NCBI GenBank assembly: GCA_963933835.1
Contig: CAWVVV010000001.1
Coordinates: forward strand, 160,001-224,000
DNA from: an uncultured Puniceicoccaceae bacterium
GTDB lineage: Bacteria > Verrucomicrobiota > Verrucomicrobiia > Opitutales > Oceanipulchritudinaceae
Direction: 5' to 3'
Length of the DNA: 64,000 bases
A model generated the notes under the pieces. That model was not told the DNA's origin. It worked only from the letters and a program-made list of their open reading frames with translations, and made no database searches. This document shows, piece after piece, positions 50,298 to 60,507 of the stretch (positions are counted from its first letter, which is position 1; each line of letters begins with the position of its first letter). The position numbers and the translations under genes are program-made.

Positions 50298-51941
50298 TCA
50301 GAAAGTGCTACTGGTGTATTTGCGACGGAGGCGATTACGGATGATGATCGCGCCAAGATTCATCACAACGACAAGAGCAATGAGGAGCAATGTAGTGGCG
50401 AAAACGATCGGGCGGGCGGCCTCAGAGTCCGGGGATTGAAACCCTAAGTCATAGATATGAAAACCGAGGTGCATGAATTTGCGCTCAAGGTGAGCAAAGG
50501 GGTATTCACCATCGAGAGGAAGGCTCGGAGAAAGCTTTACCACCCCAACGAGCATGAGCGGTGCGACCTCCCCTGCCCCACGGGCCATCGCCAGGATAAG
50601 ACCGGTAAGAATCCCTGGCGTCGATACGGGAAGGACAATACGCAGAATCGTCTGCCACTTAGAAGCACCACAAGCGAGAGAGGCATCGCGCACGCCTTGG
50701 GGAACTGAAGCAAGGGCTTCCTCGGTCGCGACAACGACGACCGGCACCGTCATTAGGGCCAAGGTCAAGGACGCCCAAAGAATGCCTCCGGTTCCAAAGG
50801 TCGCGGTTGGCAATTCATTACTAAATAAAAGCTGATCGAGGGTTCCGCCAACGAAGTAGACAAAGAACCCGAGGCCAAAAACGCCAAAGACGATCGATGG
50901 CACACCTGCCAAATTGTTCACCGCGATACGCACACCCCGAACAAAAAGCCCCTGCTTAGCATATTCCCTGAGATAGATGGCCGCCAAGACACCAAAAGGC
51001 ATCACCGCGGCACTCATCAGAACGGTCATGACAAAGGTTCCAAAGATAGCAGGGAAGATGCCTCCTTCGGTGTTCGCCTCACGTGGACTGTCGCTGAGAA
51101 AGCGCCAGATTTCAGCGAAGAAAAATCCTATTTTTTGGAAGAGACCCAACTGGTTGGGTTGGTGGACCCGAATGAAATCTCCGAGCACTTGGCTTCGAAC
51201 TTCACCCGACGGAAGTCGGAAACTCAGACTGCCCACCTTCTGTTTATTACGCAGTTGGCGCGCTTCCGTTGCGAGGACCTCATAGTCTACCTGAAGGGCA
51301 TCGATTCGTCCATTAATCGATTCAATTGAAGCACTGTCACCTTCTGTCTCCAAGCCACGTAAACGCTGACGCAGAGATTTCATCTTATGGTTAATCTTCC
51401 CGATCCGCTTTTTCTCCAATTTACGGATGGCTACACGACGATCATTAACGCTATCGAGAGCGGCTTCCAAGCGGACAACGAAATCAGCATCATCAACCAA
51501 GACCGCGGCGCCCTGCTCGGTCTTAAGCTCCAATGGATAAAAAATCGCGTCACCATACTCCATCCGCTCAGCGACAAAGATGTTTGCAGGGTTACTTACT
51601 TCTAAAATATCAGCCTCGTCGATGTAGTGAAACATCATCCCATAGGTATCTTTATTACCTACAAAGAGCTGCCATTCTTCACCGATCGCATTAGTTTTTG
51701 CCTGCTTCTTAGCAATTGAACCGGCAAGGACGCTACTCCCACTCAAGGCATATTGAGAATCTTCACGTAGTTTAATTTCCACTACAGGGTGTGGCCAAAA
51801 CACGGTAATCCCTTGCCAGAAGACAATCCCCAGCAGGCCGATAACCATGAGAATCCCTGTAGCGAGACCTGCCGCAGCGAGCCATACTTGAACCTCTCCC
51901 TTCGGGCGGGCCTTAAAATCGAACTGAGTCTTTGATTCCAT
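50298..51941 (-). CDS. pstA: Phosphate ABC transporter permease (extended form)
   Basis: [36 protein letters not shown]. Confidence 0.95.
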   Translation of the reverse strand: MESKTQFDFKARPKGEVQVWLAAAGLATGILMVIGLLGIVFWQGITVFWPHPVVEIKLREDSQYALSGSSVLAGSIAKKQAKTNAIGEEWQLFVGNKDTYGMMFHYIDEADILEVSNPANIFVAERMEYGDAIFYPLELKTEQGAAVLVDDADFVVRLEAALDSVNDRRVAIRKLEKKRIGKINHKMKSLRQRLRGLETEGDSASIESINGRIDALQVDYEVLATEARQLRNKQKVGSLSFRLPSGEVRSQVLGDFIRVHQPNQLGLFQKIGFFFAEIWRFLSDSPREANTEGGIFPAIFGTFVMTVLMSAAVMPFGVLAAIYLREYAKQGLFVRGVRIAVNNLAGVPSIVFGVFGLGFFVYFVGGTLDQLLFSNELPTATFGTGGILWASLTLALMTVPVVVVATEEALASVPQGVRDASLACGASKWQTILRIVLPVSTPGILTGLILAMARGAGEVAPLMLVGVVKLSPSLPLDGEYPFAHLERKFMHLGFHIYDLGFQSPDSEAARPIVFATTLLLIALVVVMNLGAIIIRNRLRRKYTSSTF

Positions 51942-51961
51942 TGGAAAACGTAGTGGTCAGA

Positions 51962-54247
51962 TCAACCAGACACCTTGTAACGATCACGGAGCTTTTGGCG
52001 GAGGAGTTCGGCCAAGGTATTGATCGTGAAAGTGAGAACAAAAAGAACGAAGGCTCCAAGGAACAGGGTGCGATAAAGAGTGCCGCCATGCGGTGCTTCA
52101 GGAAGTTCGACTGCAATATTGGCCGAAAGGGTCCGCATGCCGGTGAAGATATTCACATCCATGATCGCGGTATTCCCAGTCGCCATCACTACGATCATCG
52201 TCTCTCCGACGGCTCGGCCGAGGCCGATGATCAAAGCAGAAAAAATGCCTGCGGCAGCCCCTGGCAAGACGACCCGCATCGTTGTTTGCCAACGACTAGC
52301 ACCCAGCGCAAGGGAAGCTGAAACAAGATTTCTCGGGACGTTGGATAGTGCGTCCTCGGCGATGGTGAAGATAAGCGGAATGACGGCAAAACCCATCATG
52401 ATCCCGACGACGAGCGAATTACGCTGTTGGTAGCTTTCACCCGAAAACTGTGACCACCAGAGTCTAAAGTCTGCGGTCTTCGTCCCCGTCGCTGGATCGA
52501 CTACGTTGAAGACAAGGCCTTCGAAAGCAGGTCCAAGTTTCCAACCCACCCAGCCAGCAACAAGCAAGATGGGTAAGAAAACAACGAATTCTGAACCCGA
52601 GGGAATAAGGACACGGATGTTAACGGGAAAACGATTCCAGATGTAGCCGACAAGGCTCGCCGTTCCGACGATGGCAACGATGAGGAGAATGAATGAAGGC
52701 ACCTGATTATCTAAAATCGGGGCGAGCCAGAGGGCTCCTAAGAAGCCCAGCACGACCGAGGGCAATGAAGCCATAATCTCCATCGTCGGCTTGATCACTT
52801 GTTTCAAACCAGGGCGCAGAAATTGTGAGGTATAAATTGCGGCGAGGAGAGCAATCGGCACGGCAAATAGCAATGCGTAGAAGGTGCCCTTTAGCGAACC
52901 ACTGATGAGGGGGATGAGAGACAGCTTCGGCTCGAAGTCGTCCGTGCCGCCAGTTGATTGCCAGGTGTATTTCGCTTTTCCCTGCCCTTCATACCAAATC
53001 TTGCCGAAGAACGCCCGGATGCCGGCCTCAGGATGAGGGTCATCAAGCACTGATATCTCAAGTTCACCCTCTTGAGATAAGACGAGGATTCGGTCGTATT
53101 TCTCACCGATGAGCATGTCCGCGAGAGGAGCGTCGAGGGTGCGCTGCCAGCGGACTTTTTCCGTCGTGGCATAGCGCAATGAGAGCTCGGCACCGTCGGT
53201 GACAAGATAGGCCTTATTTCGAATACTCGCCTTGAAATTAGTCGCACCCGTGGAGAGCGCAACGAGGCTCTTTGTTTGCACGAATTGCAGTCCCTTCTCA
53301 GGAGATGGCGTCAAACTGAAGATGGCGTTCTCACCCGTTGCCGAAGTCAGGTTTAGTGAAACGGCCCCTTGCAGAAAATGCATCGAAGCAAGCGTCCCCT
53401 CAGGGAATGGCTGGAAGAGCTGCTCAAGCGTCCAGACACTACCCGCTTGGCGGAAGTAGGCGATGCGGTCATCTACGAGGCGGGCGACGAGCTCTTGCCC
53501 ACCGGTGCCAATGAGCAAATCGACCGGCTCAGAAGGCAGGCTATCGGTGAGGTCGAAAGTCTTATCCTGCTTAAAGGTCCCTGCCCCAAAAAGACTTCGC
53601 TTGCGGACATAGGTGACGAGTTGAAGGGTGCTCACTCCACTCAGTGCATCTTTAGCTATGACCCCCACCGTGCGCCGAGAATCGCCGGTATTAAAGGAGA
53701 TCGCTTCGATCGCTCCCTGCCCTGATGGGTGCGGAGATGCCGCTTTAACGGAGGATGTAACGGTCCGAGCAGCGTCAGGAGCAAAGATTGGCTTGTATGT
53801 AACTGAGACTAAAACGGTGCGACCGTCGCTACTGCCAAGGAGGAGCTCCTGATCCGTTTGATGATAGTCCCATGAATGAATTTTAAAATCTGCCGGGATG
53901 GGGAGGGAAGCGGTTTCTGTCGTGCCCCCCGCTACATCGACCCATGTGATGTCTCCGCCAGCCGAGATGATGAATGGGCGCTCGGTCCACTCGTCTGATC
54001 CGAGAATTATAGGATCGGCAATATCCGTCCGAATTTCCGTCAACGGGCGCACCGACGGTGCCTGAAAGAGCGGAAGGACTTCGGCAAAGATGAAAAAACA
54101 GATCCCAAATACGGCAAGGATGACTCCAACGCCTCCTACGACAATAAATCGGCCCATTAGCCGATCCATCCTCAATATGCCTTTCGAAACCGAAAAACGA
54201 TTGGGATCAAGCTCTCTAGGTTGATTCGATGGAGATTCGGAATCCAT
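51962..54247 (-). CDS. pstC: Phosphate ABC transporter permease with large periplasmic domain
   Basis: WQSTGG.DDFEPK.SL.PL, KPTMEIMASLPSVVLG, GRAVGETM. Confidence 0.93.
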   Translation of the reverse strand: MDSESPSNQPRELDPNRFSVSKGILRMDRLMGRFIVVGGVGVILAVFGICFFIFAEVLPLFQAPSVRPLTEIRTDIADPIILGSDEWTERPFIISAGGDITWVDVAGGTTETASLPIPADFKIHSWDYHQTDQELLLGSSDGRTVLVSVTYKPIFAPDAARTVTSSVKAASPHPSGQGAIEAISFNTGDSRRTVGVIAKDALSGVSTLQLVTYVRKRSLFGAGTFKQDKTFDLTDSLPSEPVDLLIGTGGQELVARLVDDRIAYFRQAGSVWTLEQLFQPFPEGTLASMHFLQGAVSLNLTSATGENAIFSLTPSPEKGLQFVQTKSLVALSTGATNFKASIRNKAYLVTDGAELSLRYATTEKVRWQRTLDAPLADMLIGEKYDRILVLSQEGELEISVLDDPHPEAGIRAFFGKIWYEGQGKAKYTWQSTGGTDDFEPKLSLIPLISGSLKGTFYALLFAVPIALLAAIYTSQFLRPGLKQVIKPTMEIMASLPSVVLGFLGALWLAPILDNQVPSFILLIVAIVGTASLVGYIWNRFPVNIRVLIPSGSEFVVFLPILLVAGWVGWKLGPAFEGLVFNVVDPATGTKTADFRLWWSQFSGESYQQRNSLVVGIMMGFAVIPLIFTIAEDALSNVPRNLVSASLALGASRWQTTMRVVLPGAAAGIFSALIIGLGRAVGETMIVVMATGNTAIMDVNIFTGMRTLSANIAVELPEAPHGGTLYRTLFLGAFVLFVLTFTINTLAELLRQKLRDRYKVSG

Positions 54248-54397
54248 AGTGGGTTCAACAGTTCGGCTAAGGCAATGGGTTGATCTACCAAGGACAAGTC
54301 TGGAAAAAAGAAAGTGGTCGACGGAACCGGCCACTTGCTCAAAAAACCACGTTCCTAGAGCTACGTAAGAGGCTCAATGAAACCCGTGAGTAAAACC

Positions 54398-55360
54398 CTA
54401 TTCGAAGAGTGCGATGATCTGCTCAGCGTACTCATTCGTTAGAGGGAAATAGCCATCTTTGACGACGATCTCCTGCCCTTCTTTGGAGAGAACAAACTTC
54501 AGAAACTCCATTGTTAGAGCATCCAGCGAGCCGACGGGGGATTTGTTCACATAGACATAGAGGAAGCGGGCCAATGGATAGTCCTGAGTGAGACAGTTCT
54601 CGTAGCTCGGATCAAAGATGGCGTCTTCAGACTCACCTAGGCCAAGGACTTTAACGCCAGAAGTGCGATAGCCGATTCCAGAGTAACCGATGCCGTAGAT
54701 ATCGCTTGATATCCCTTGAACAACCGCAGAGGAGCCTGGTTGCTCTTTTACGGTCGAGCGGAAATCACCCTTTGAAAGTGCGACCCCCTTAAAGAAGCCA
54801 TAAGTACCAGAAGCACTGTTACGTCCGTAAGCGGAGATGCCGTGCTGAGCCCAACTGTCTTCCAGTCCAAGATCTCCCCAGGTGTCGAGCGCAGTGCCAC
54901 CCCGTTTGAAGGTGTTGGAGAAGATACTGTCGACCTGCTCTAGAGTGAGGTGTGTGAGGGGATTGTCCTTATGCACATAGACCGCAAGGGCATCGATCGA
55001 GACAGGAATCGCGGTCGGCTTATAACCAAAGCGCTCTTCGAATTTATCTTCTTCAGTCGGCTTCATGGCCCGACTCATCGGCCCCAGCTGTGCCGTTCCT
55101 TCAATCAAAGCAGGTGGCGCCGTCGAGGAGCCCTTCCCTTCGATTTGGATGTGCACATTTGGATAGATCGCTTGAAACGATTCCGCCCAAAGTGTCATGA
55201 GGTTGTTCAAGGTATCTGAGCCGATGGAGTCCAAGTTCCCAGAGACCCCTGATACAGGGCTGTAGCTTGGCAGGCTAGGGTCTACTTCGATAACAGCCGC
55301 AGCTGGGAGGCAAAGGGCCAGTGCGAGCCCAGCGGTGAGGATACGAATAGGTGATTTCAT
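54398..55360 (-). CDS. pstS: Phosphate-binding protein
   Basis: GSDTL, GKGSSTAPPAL, GRNSASGTY, YPLARFLY. Confidence 0.95.
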   Translation of the reverse strand: MKSPIRILTAGLALALCLPAAAVIEVDPSLPSYSPVSGVSGNLDSIGSDTLNNLMTLWAESFQAIYPNVHIQIEGKGSSTAPPALIEGTAQLGPMSRAMKPTEEDKFEERFGYKPTAIPVSIDALAVYVHKDNPLTHLTLEQVDSIFSNTFKRGGTALDTWGDLGLEDSWAQHGISAYGRNSASGTYGFFKGVALSKGDFRSTVKEQPGSSAVVQGISSDIYGIGYSGIGYRTSGVKVLGLGESEDAIFDPSYENCLTQDYPLARFLYVYVNKSPVGSLDALTMEFLKFVLSKEGQEIVVKDGYFPLTNEYAEQIIALFE

Positions 55361-55417
55361 TAATCGAATTGAAGTGAGTTTCAGATACGGACAATGGCCT
55401 GCTCTAGCCACAGATAC

Positions 55418-55444
55418 GTGAAGAACAGGTGACTATATGGTTAA
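55418..55444 (-). promoter_or_regulatory. Pho-box-like site upstream of pstS
   Basis: Minus strand TTAAC-N6-GTCAC-N6-TTCAC, 11-bp period. Confidence 0.65.
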
Positions 55445-56778
55445 AAGAGGAGTTGGAGACGGGAGCGAACACTATTGATCGTCGCATCGCCTTGGCTACC
55501 GGTGAGATTATCTGAGTAGTTAGCCCACTCATAACCGAAACTGAGCTTGATGCTGTTTCCTTTGATCAACCAGTCGGCGCCAATGTAATAGGCTTCAGCG
55601 GTATCGAAGAGCGCTGCTCCGTTTTCAGGTGCGCGGCGCATCGTGCTACTGATGTCAGCGCCAACACCGCCATCTGCATCGAGGAAGGACACTCGACCGA
55701 CAAGATTGATACTTGGATTCAGATTAAAAACACTTGTGAGGTAGAGCGCCTGAGGTTTCGCATCGCCCGAGGCAGTCGCATTTTCGAAGACACCACTCAG
55801 GTATTCGAAATCGAAACGAAGGGCCTCAAACTGGGTGCGGGCGAAGACTCCCCAAACTAAGTCCGTAGATCCATCGACGCGCTGATCAGGTATCCAACCA
55901 CCGTTCGCACCGAGTTCAAGATGTGCGCCTGAGACCTCCCCTGCCCAGCTTGTCCGAGCCCAGATGGCGATCTCATCGTTTTCAGATCCAGATGCGACAA
56001 CACCTTGGGACGGATTCGTCAATGCGAGGCTGAAAGAAACTCCAGAGTCATAGTTGCCATGCAAAGTGATCCCTGTGTGACGAGCGCCATAATCAAGCTG
56101 CTCTGTAAAATAGCGGGTTGCGATCGAGCGCTCGACGGCCGGAATCTTCGATGAAGAAGTCGTTTCCTCTATACCAAAAGGAGTCTTCTGAAATCCAAGA
56201 TCGAGTTTGTGCTGATCAGAAAGCTTAAACGATACGAGTGCCTTTTCGAGCTTACCGTCACCATCTGCATTTGACCCAAAAGTAGCGGTCAGACTGCCCG
56301 TCACCTTGGGGCCGATATCTGCCGAAACCCCCAAATAAAGGCGGCGAAGAAAGAGATTAAGTTCATCATCCGGAGAGGCGGCATTTCCATAATCCGTGCT
56401 CAAATAATCCATCTGTGCATGAATGCGGCCACTGATAGTGATCGAATCTACAGCCTTGTCCTTCGCTTTCACGATGAAGCTAGGTTGCTCCGCCGCTGGC
56501 GCTGGAGCAAGCGGTGCCGTCGCCGGTGCACTCTGCGTCGTGTTTTTTAGGCCGAAGGCCTGTTCTTGGGTGATCGCGCCATTACTGACGAGAAGACTGA
56601 GGAGAGCAGGATCGATCAAACCACTCTCCGTTGTCTCGATTGTTCCAGCCTGCTCCGACGTAATCACGTTGTTGCTGACGAGCAGGTCGAGGAGAGCCGA
56701 ATCTGTCGCTGCATGGACGCATGAAAGCATCGAGAGGCTGAGAAGTGCCAAGTAGCTCTTAGATTTTTGGTTGTTCAT
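55441..56778 (-). CDS. Outer-membrane porin (OprO/OprP-like)
   Basis: Signal peptide, F.RR.YLG, K.PFG.EE.TSS....ERS, terminal RLQLLF; upstream of pstS. Confidence 0.75.
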   Translation of the reverse strand: MNNQKSKSYLALLSLSMLSCVHAATDSALLDLLVSNNVITSEQAGTIETTESGLIDPALLSLLVSNGAITQEQAFGLKNTTQSAPATAPLAPAPAAEQPSFIVKAKDKAVDSITISGRIHAQMDYLSTDYGNAASPDDELNLFLRRLYLGVSADIGPKVTGSLTATFGSNADGDGKLEKALVSFKLSDQHKLDLGFQKTPFGIEETTSSSKIPAVERSIATRYFTEQLDYGARHTGITLHGNYDSGVSFSLALTNPSQGVVASGSENDEIAIWARTSWAGEVSGAHLELGANGGWIPDQRVDGSTDLVWGVFARTQFEALRFDFEYLSGVFENATASGDAKPQALYLTSVFNLNPSINLVGRVSFLDADGGVGADISSTMRRAPENGAALFDTAEAYYIGADWLIKGNSIKLSFGYEWANYSDNLTGSQGDATINSVRSRLQLLF

Positions 56779-56869
56779 GAGATTAGATTACAATGTTCGG
56801 CAGACTGATTCAGATGGCACACACAAACACTCAACAAAAATCTACTATGCACCTGCAAACGTCACCTTG

Positions 56870-56897
56870 GTGACATGAACGTCACGCCTTCGTAACA
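56870..56897 (-). promoter_or_regulatory. Pho-box-like site upstream of the porin gene
   Basis: Minus strand TGTTAC-N5-CGTGAC-N5-TGTCAC, 11-bp period. Confidence 0.65.
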
Positions 56898-56947
56898 AAA
56901 CTAGGCCTGAATAGGCGATCCGTCGTGTGGACGGGCCATCCACATCC

Positions 56948-56980
56948 AAAAAAAACGCCGACCTCTGAAGAGGCCGGCGT
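56948..56980 (-). terminator. Intrinsic terminator after the TonB receptor gene
   Basis: ACGCCGGCCTCT/AGAGGTCGGCGT stem plus T8 on the minus strand. Confidence 0.85.
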
Positions 56981-57010
56981 CTATAAAAACAATTCTGAGC
57001 TAGAATAAAC

Positions 57011-60000
57011 CTAGAATTTCAAAGCACCACCGATGCTGATCGCGTAGTTACGATCGTTGTCGATTTGTGGGTTTTGCGGATCAGCCGTAAGGTCGTATTC
57101 GATCTTATTTGTAGCTGAATCGTATTCAGCAAATGCAACTTCGGAAGTGAAGCTGAACGGAACTTCAACCGTATGACCCCAATCATCGTTGAGCAAGTTG
57201 AGGAAGTTCTGCACACTGACCCAGAGCTCAAACTCAACGCGCTCAGTGACCATGAAGGAGTGAGCGAGACGGATATCAACCCGGTCGATCCAGTCACTTA
57301 CGCCTGAGTTACGATCCACGGTAGAGCCACGGTATTCCCGCAGCCCTTCTTGGCTATCGATGTAAGCAAAGAAGTCAGCGATCTCTGTCGCACTACCGTT
57401 CAGTGTCACACGTGAGTCATTAGCGCTTGAGGGAACGTAAAAGAGGTCATTTCCGGAGCGGTCGTCGTTGTTGTAGTCCCCATCAAAAACATAGCTATAG
57501 GGGCGACCACTACGACCTTCATAGACCATCGAGAAGATAGACTTGTTACGGTCGTTCCATTGCTTCTGGTAGGCGTATTGAACAAGAATACGGTGACGGG
57601 TTTCGTAGTTGGACCGAGACTCGACTTCTTCATTGCCATTGAAGATCGCGCGATTTCCGTAATTGGAACCAGCAGTGGAGCTCGTAACCGAGCTAACATC
57701 CGAAGATTCGCCATAGGTGTAGCTCGCGCTGAACGACCAGTTGTTGATCATTGGACGAGTCAGTGCGAAGCTCACGTTGGTGGCTTCACCCTTATCAGTG
57801 TTCCTTAGGTTGTATACTTCACCGTAATTACCGTTGAACCAGTTATCACCATCGTAATAGGCGCGACCATCTGGAGTCGTATCGATTGGGCTCAGATTGA
57901 GGTTCTCAACATAGATACCCTTGTTCGTCCAAGTCTGGAGCGCTTCAATCGTGAAGGTGAGGTTGGTTGATGGAATCTCAATATCGTAAGCGACATTTGC
58001 CTTCCAAACAGAAGGAAGCTCGAATGCGCGATCGATGAGGTCAACCTGACTTCCGCTAGGGCTAGCCACCTCAATGATTGGGCTACTTGGATCGAATTCG
58101 TTGTTCAGGTATTCGGTCAGTGTGATGCCTCTAATGACAGTAGTGCCGTCAGATTCAAATCCACGATTATCATATGCACCGGTTTCGTAATCGATCACCG
58201 AAGTCGTCGCACCGTTGTTGCTGAAGGCGTTCGAGAGATACACCCCAGGAACGCGCCCTTGGAAGAGCCCGATCCCACCACGGAATTGCTGACGCTCCTC
58301 TGAATCGAGGTCCAATTTGAATCCAGCACGCACTGAGAACTGATCCTTACCGTCGATCGTGTTCGTATTATCAAAACCAGTCAGACCACTTTGGGTCGTA
58401 AAGGTGGAGTTAAAGGTATTGTTTGCTGCGGGTGTTTGATTCGTGCTGAATTCATCTTTACGGATACCAAACAATAACTCCAGTCGCGAGTTCACTTGCC
58501 AAGTATCTTGAACGAATAAGCCTATGCCAGTGTAGTCCGAGCCCGCTGCAATCGACTCACCGGCGACACCCGTTTTACGGGCCATGAACGGGTTGGGGGA
58601 ACTGAAACTCTGCCGGATTATATCGTCATCAATAATCTGCTGCAAAGTTTCGAATTCAATATCACCATACACATCTTGGAGGAAGAGGTTTTCAAACTCG
58701 GTCTTTTCGTAATCGAAGCCTGTCACAATGGTGTGCTTACCCAGATAAATGGTTGCAGCTCCTTTGCCCTTCAATGTTTTCGTTGCGAGTTCATTGGCTT
58801 GGCGCGAGTCTTCAGAGCCGAAGAAAAGCTCAGCATTGGTTGAAGACGAGCCGTCTGCCGACGTGCCAGGGAATTTATCGATGATGATTTGCGGGAACAA
58901 GTTCGGGTCGTTGTAGGTCGGGGCCTTGTCGAAGGTGTCACGAGCCACACTGAACTCAGTTTCGACCACGTCGTTCCAACGGCTGTTTAACTGCGTCGCA
59001 AACGCAGTACTCTCAAAGGCATTCGTATAATAATGCGACTCCAAGGATGTTTCACCGAAGTCATCATACTCACCAAAGAGCGGCTCAGTCGCTTCCGTTT
59101 CAGAATAGCGAACAGTGAGGCGGTGCTGGTCGTTAATCACCCAATCGAGCTTCGCGAGAATTTTTTCGTCTTCTTGAGTCAGCGCTCCTGCACTGCCCCA
59201 GCCACCTGGATCATAACCCGTCGGGTAGGCCGTGGTTGAGAGGGTCGTCAGATAGTCACGCAAGCGCTGCACTTCAGCAGCATCAGGAATGAAGCCTGGG
59301 CTTGATGCTTCGCGCTCGATCTCAGCCTTCTCATAATTAACAAAGAAGAAGAGTTTATCCTTAAGGATCGGACCACCGAGGCTGATTCCATAGGTGTTTG
59401 ATTCGTATGCTGGACTTGCGCCCGTGCTAAAATTATCGGCGCGCAGACTGTCGTCTGAATAGAGGTAGTAGAGTTCACCCTCGAATTCATTCGTCCCGCT
59501 CTTTGTTACCGCATTGATCAGAGCTCCAGTGAAACCGCTACTGCGCACATCGTATGGTGAAACAGATACGCTGAACTGCTCAATCGTGCGGATAGGGAAA
59601 GGATTCAGAAGGGGAGGAAAGCCGGTTGCTTCGAGACCAAACTGGTCGTTGAGGTTAACCCCGTCGACTTGAACCGAGTTTTGGCGGAAGTGCTGGCCCG
59701 CTGCGTTGATTTCTAGGCGCTCTGGGTCCATGATCGCGATCAATGGATTTAAGCGAACGATATCAGCGATGTTCTCGTTGATCGAAGGGGTGATCTGAAT
59801 GGCTTCGCCAGCAATGACTGATCCCGAGCCGAAGCGATCGGAGTCGAAAATAGTGGCCGGGCGGGCATTCACTTCAAACGGCTCGAGTTCAATGACGTCA
59901 TCAGATGAGTCGAGGTTGGTCACGATACGAAGCGTTTGCGAGAGGCTAAGAACAATGCCATCCTCAATCGTCGAACGGTGGCCTCTGCTCGAAACCAAGA

Positions 60001-60247
60001 GCGAGTAGGGACCACCAACACGGAGACCCCCGAGGGCGTAGCGACCGGAAGAATCTGTCGTAGTGGTGTAAGAAGTATTTGTAGGAACGAAGGTGAGGAG
60101 GACCTCAGCTCCGGAAACCGAGCTATCGCCCGATACGACGCGTCCACTAAGGGCGGCCGTGGTCGATCCTTGACCGTGAACAGCAGCGGCAAAGACCAAC
60201 ATAGACATCAGAGCCAAGGCTCTTCGCATGTTTTGATTTAGTTTCAT
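57011..60247 (-). CDS. Oar-like TonB-dependent receptor with N-terminal carboxypeptidase-regulatory-like domain
   Basis: GLRVGGPY, ND.FGL, PYDVR.SGFTGA.INAVTKSGTN, LGGPI.KDKLFFF, terminal F. Confidence 0.9.
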   Translation of the reverse strand: MKLNQNMRRALALMSMLVFAAAVHGQGSTTAALSGRVVSGDSSVSGAEVLLTFVPTNTSYTTTTDSSGRYALGGLRVGGPYSLLVSSRGHRSTIEDGIVLSLSQTLRIVTNLDSSDDVIELEPFEVNARPATIFDSDRFGSGSVIAGEAIQITPSINENIADIVRLNPLIAIMDPERLEINAAGQHFRQNSVQVDGVNLNDQFGLEATGFPPLLNPFPIRTIEQFSVSVSPYDVRSSGFTGALINAVTKSGTNEFEGELYYLYSDDSLRADNFSTGASPAYESNTYGISLGGPILKDKLFFFVNYEKAEIEREASSPGFIPDAAEVQRLRDYLTTLSTTAYPTGYDPGGWGSAGALTQEDEKILAKLDWVINDQHRLTVRYSETEATEPLFGEYDDFGETSLESHYYTNAFESTAFATQLNSRWNDVVETEFSVARDTFDKAPTYNDPNLFPQIIIDKFPGTSADGSSSTNAELFFGSEDSRQANELATKTLKGKGAATIYLGKHTIVTGFDYEKTEFENLFLQDVYGDIEFETLQQIIDDDIIRQSFSSPNPFMARKTGVAGESIAAGSDYTGIGLFVQDTWQVNSRLELLFGIRKDEFSTNQTPAANNTFNSTFTTQSGLTGFDNTNTIDGKDQFSVRAGFKLDLDSEERQQFRGGIGLFQGRVPGVYLSNAFSNNGATTSVIDYETGAYDNRGFESDGTTVIRGITLTEYLNNEFDPSSPIIEVASPSGSQVDLIDRAFELPSVWKANVAYDIEIPSTNLTFTIEALQTWTNKGIYVENLNLSPIDTTPDGRAYYDGDNWFNGNYGEVYNLRNTDKGEATNVSFALTRPMINNWSFSASYTYGESSDVSSVTSSTAGSNYGNRAIFNGNEEVESRSNYETRHRILVQYAYQKQWNDRNKSIFSMVYEGRSGRPYSYVFDGDYNNDDRSGNDLFYVPSSANDSRVTLNGSATEIADFFAYIDSQEGLREYRGSTVDRNSGVSDWIDRVDIRLAHSFMVTERVEFELWVSVQNFLNLLNDDWGHTVEVPFSFTSEVAFAEYDSATNKIEYDLTADPQNPQIDNDRNYAISIGGALKF

Positions 60248-60507
60248 AAGGAGTTTAGTTTGCTGGGGGCAATGTGGGCAGTCCGTGAACAAATGAAGCC
60301 TGCACACTCTGTAAATCCATCGATGGGGGTTAAGACACTCATAAGCCGTAATAATCTGGCTAACTTGTTAGGGCCTAATACCCATAATAATTCATTAAAT
60401 CGGAGCGCGCTGGAGCCATAGCGATCTTACCGCTGAAGAGGGGGCTTTAGAAATCCTCGAACAAACAAAACGCTCGGCATTGGCACGAGGATTGTCACCA
60501 AAGGCTT

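Noticed and set aside
60400..60507. Glycine riboswitch upstream of the AGCS symporter
   Set aside because: Only a weak CGCTGAAG resemblance; no GGAGA/CTCTCAGG core or tandem aptamer.
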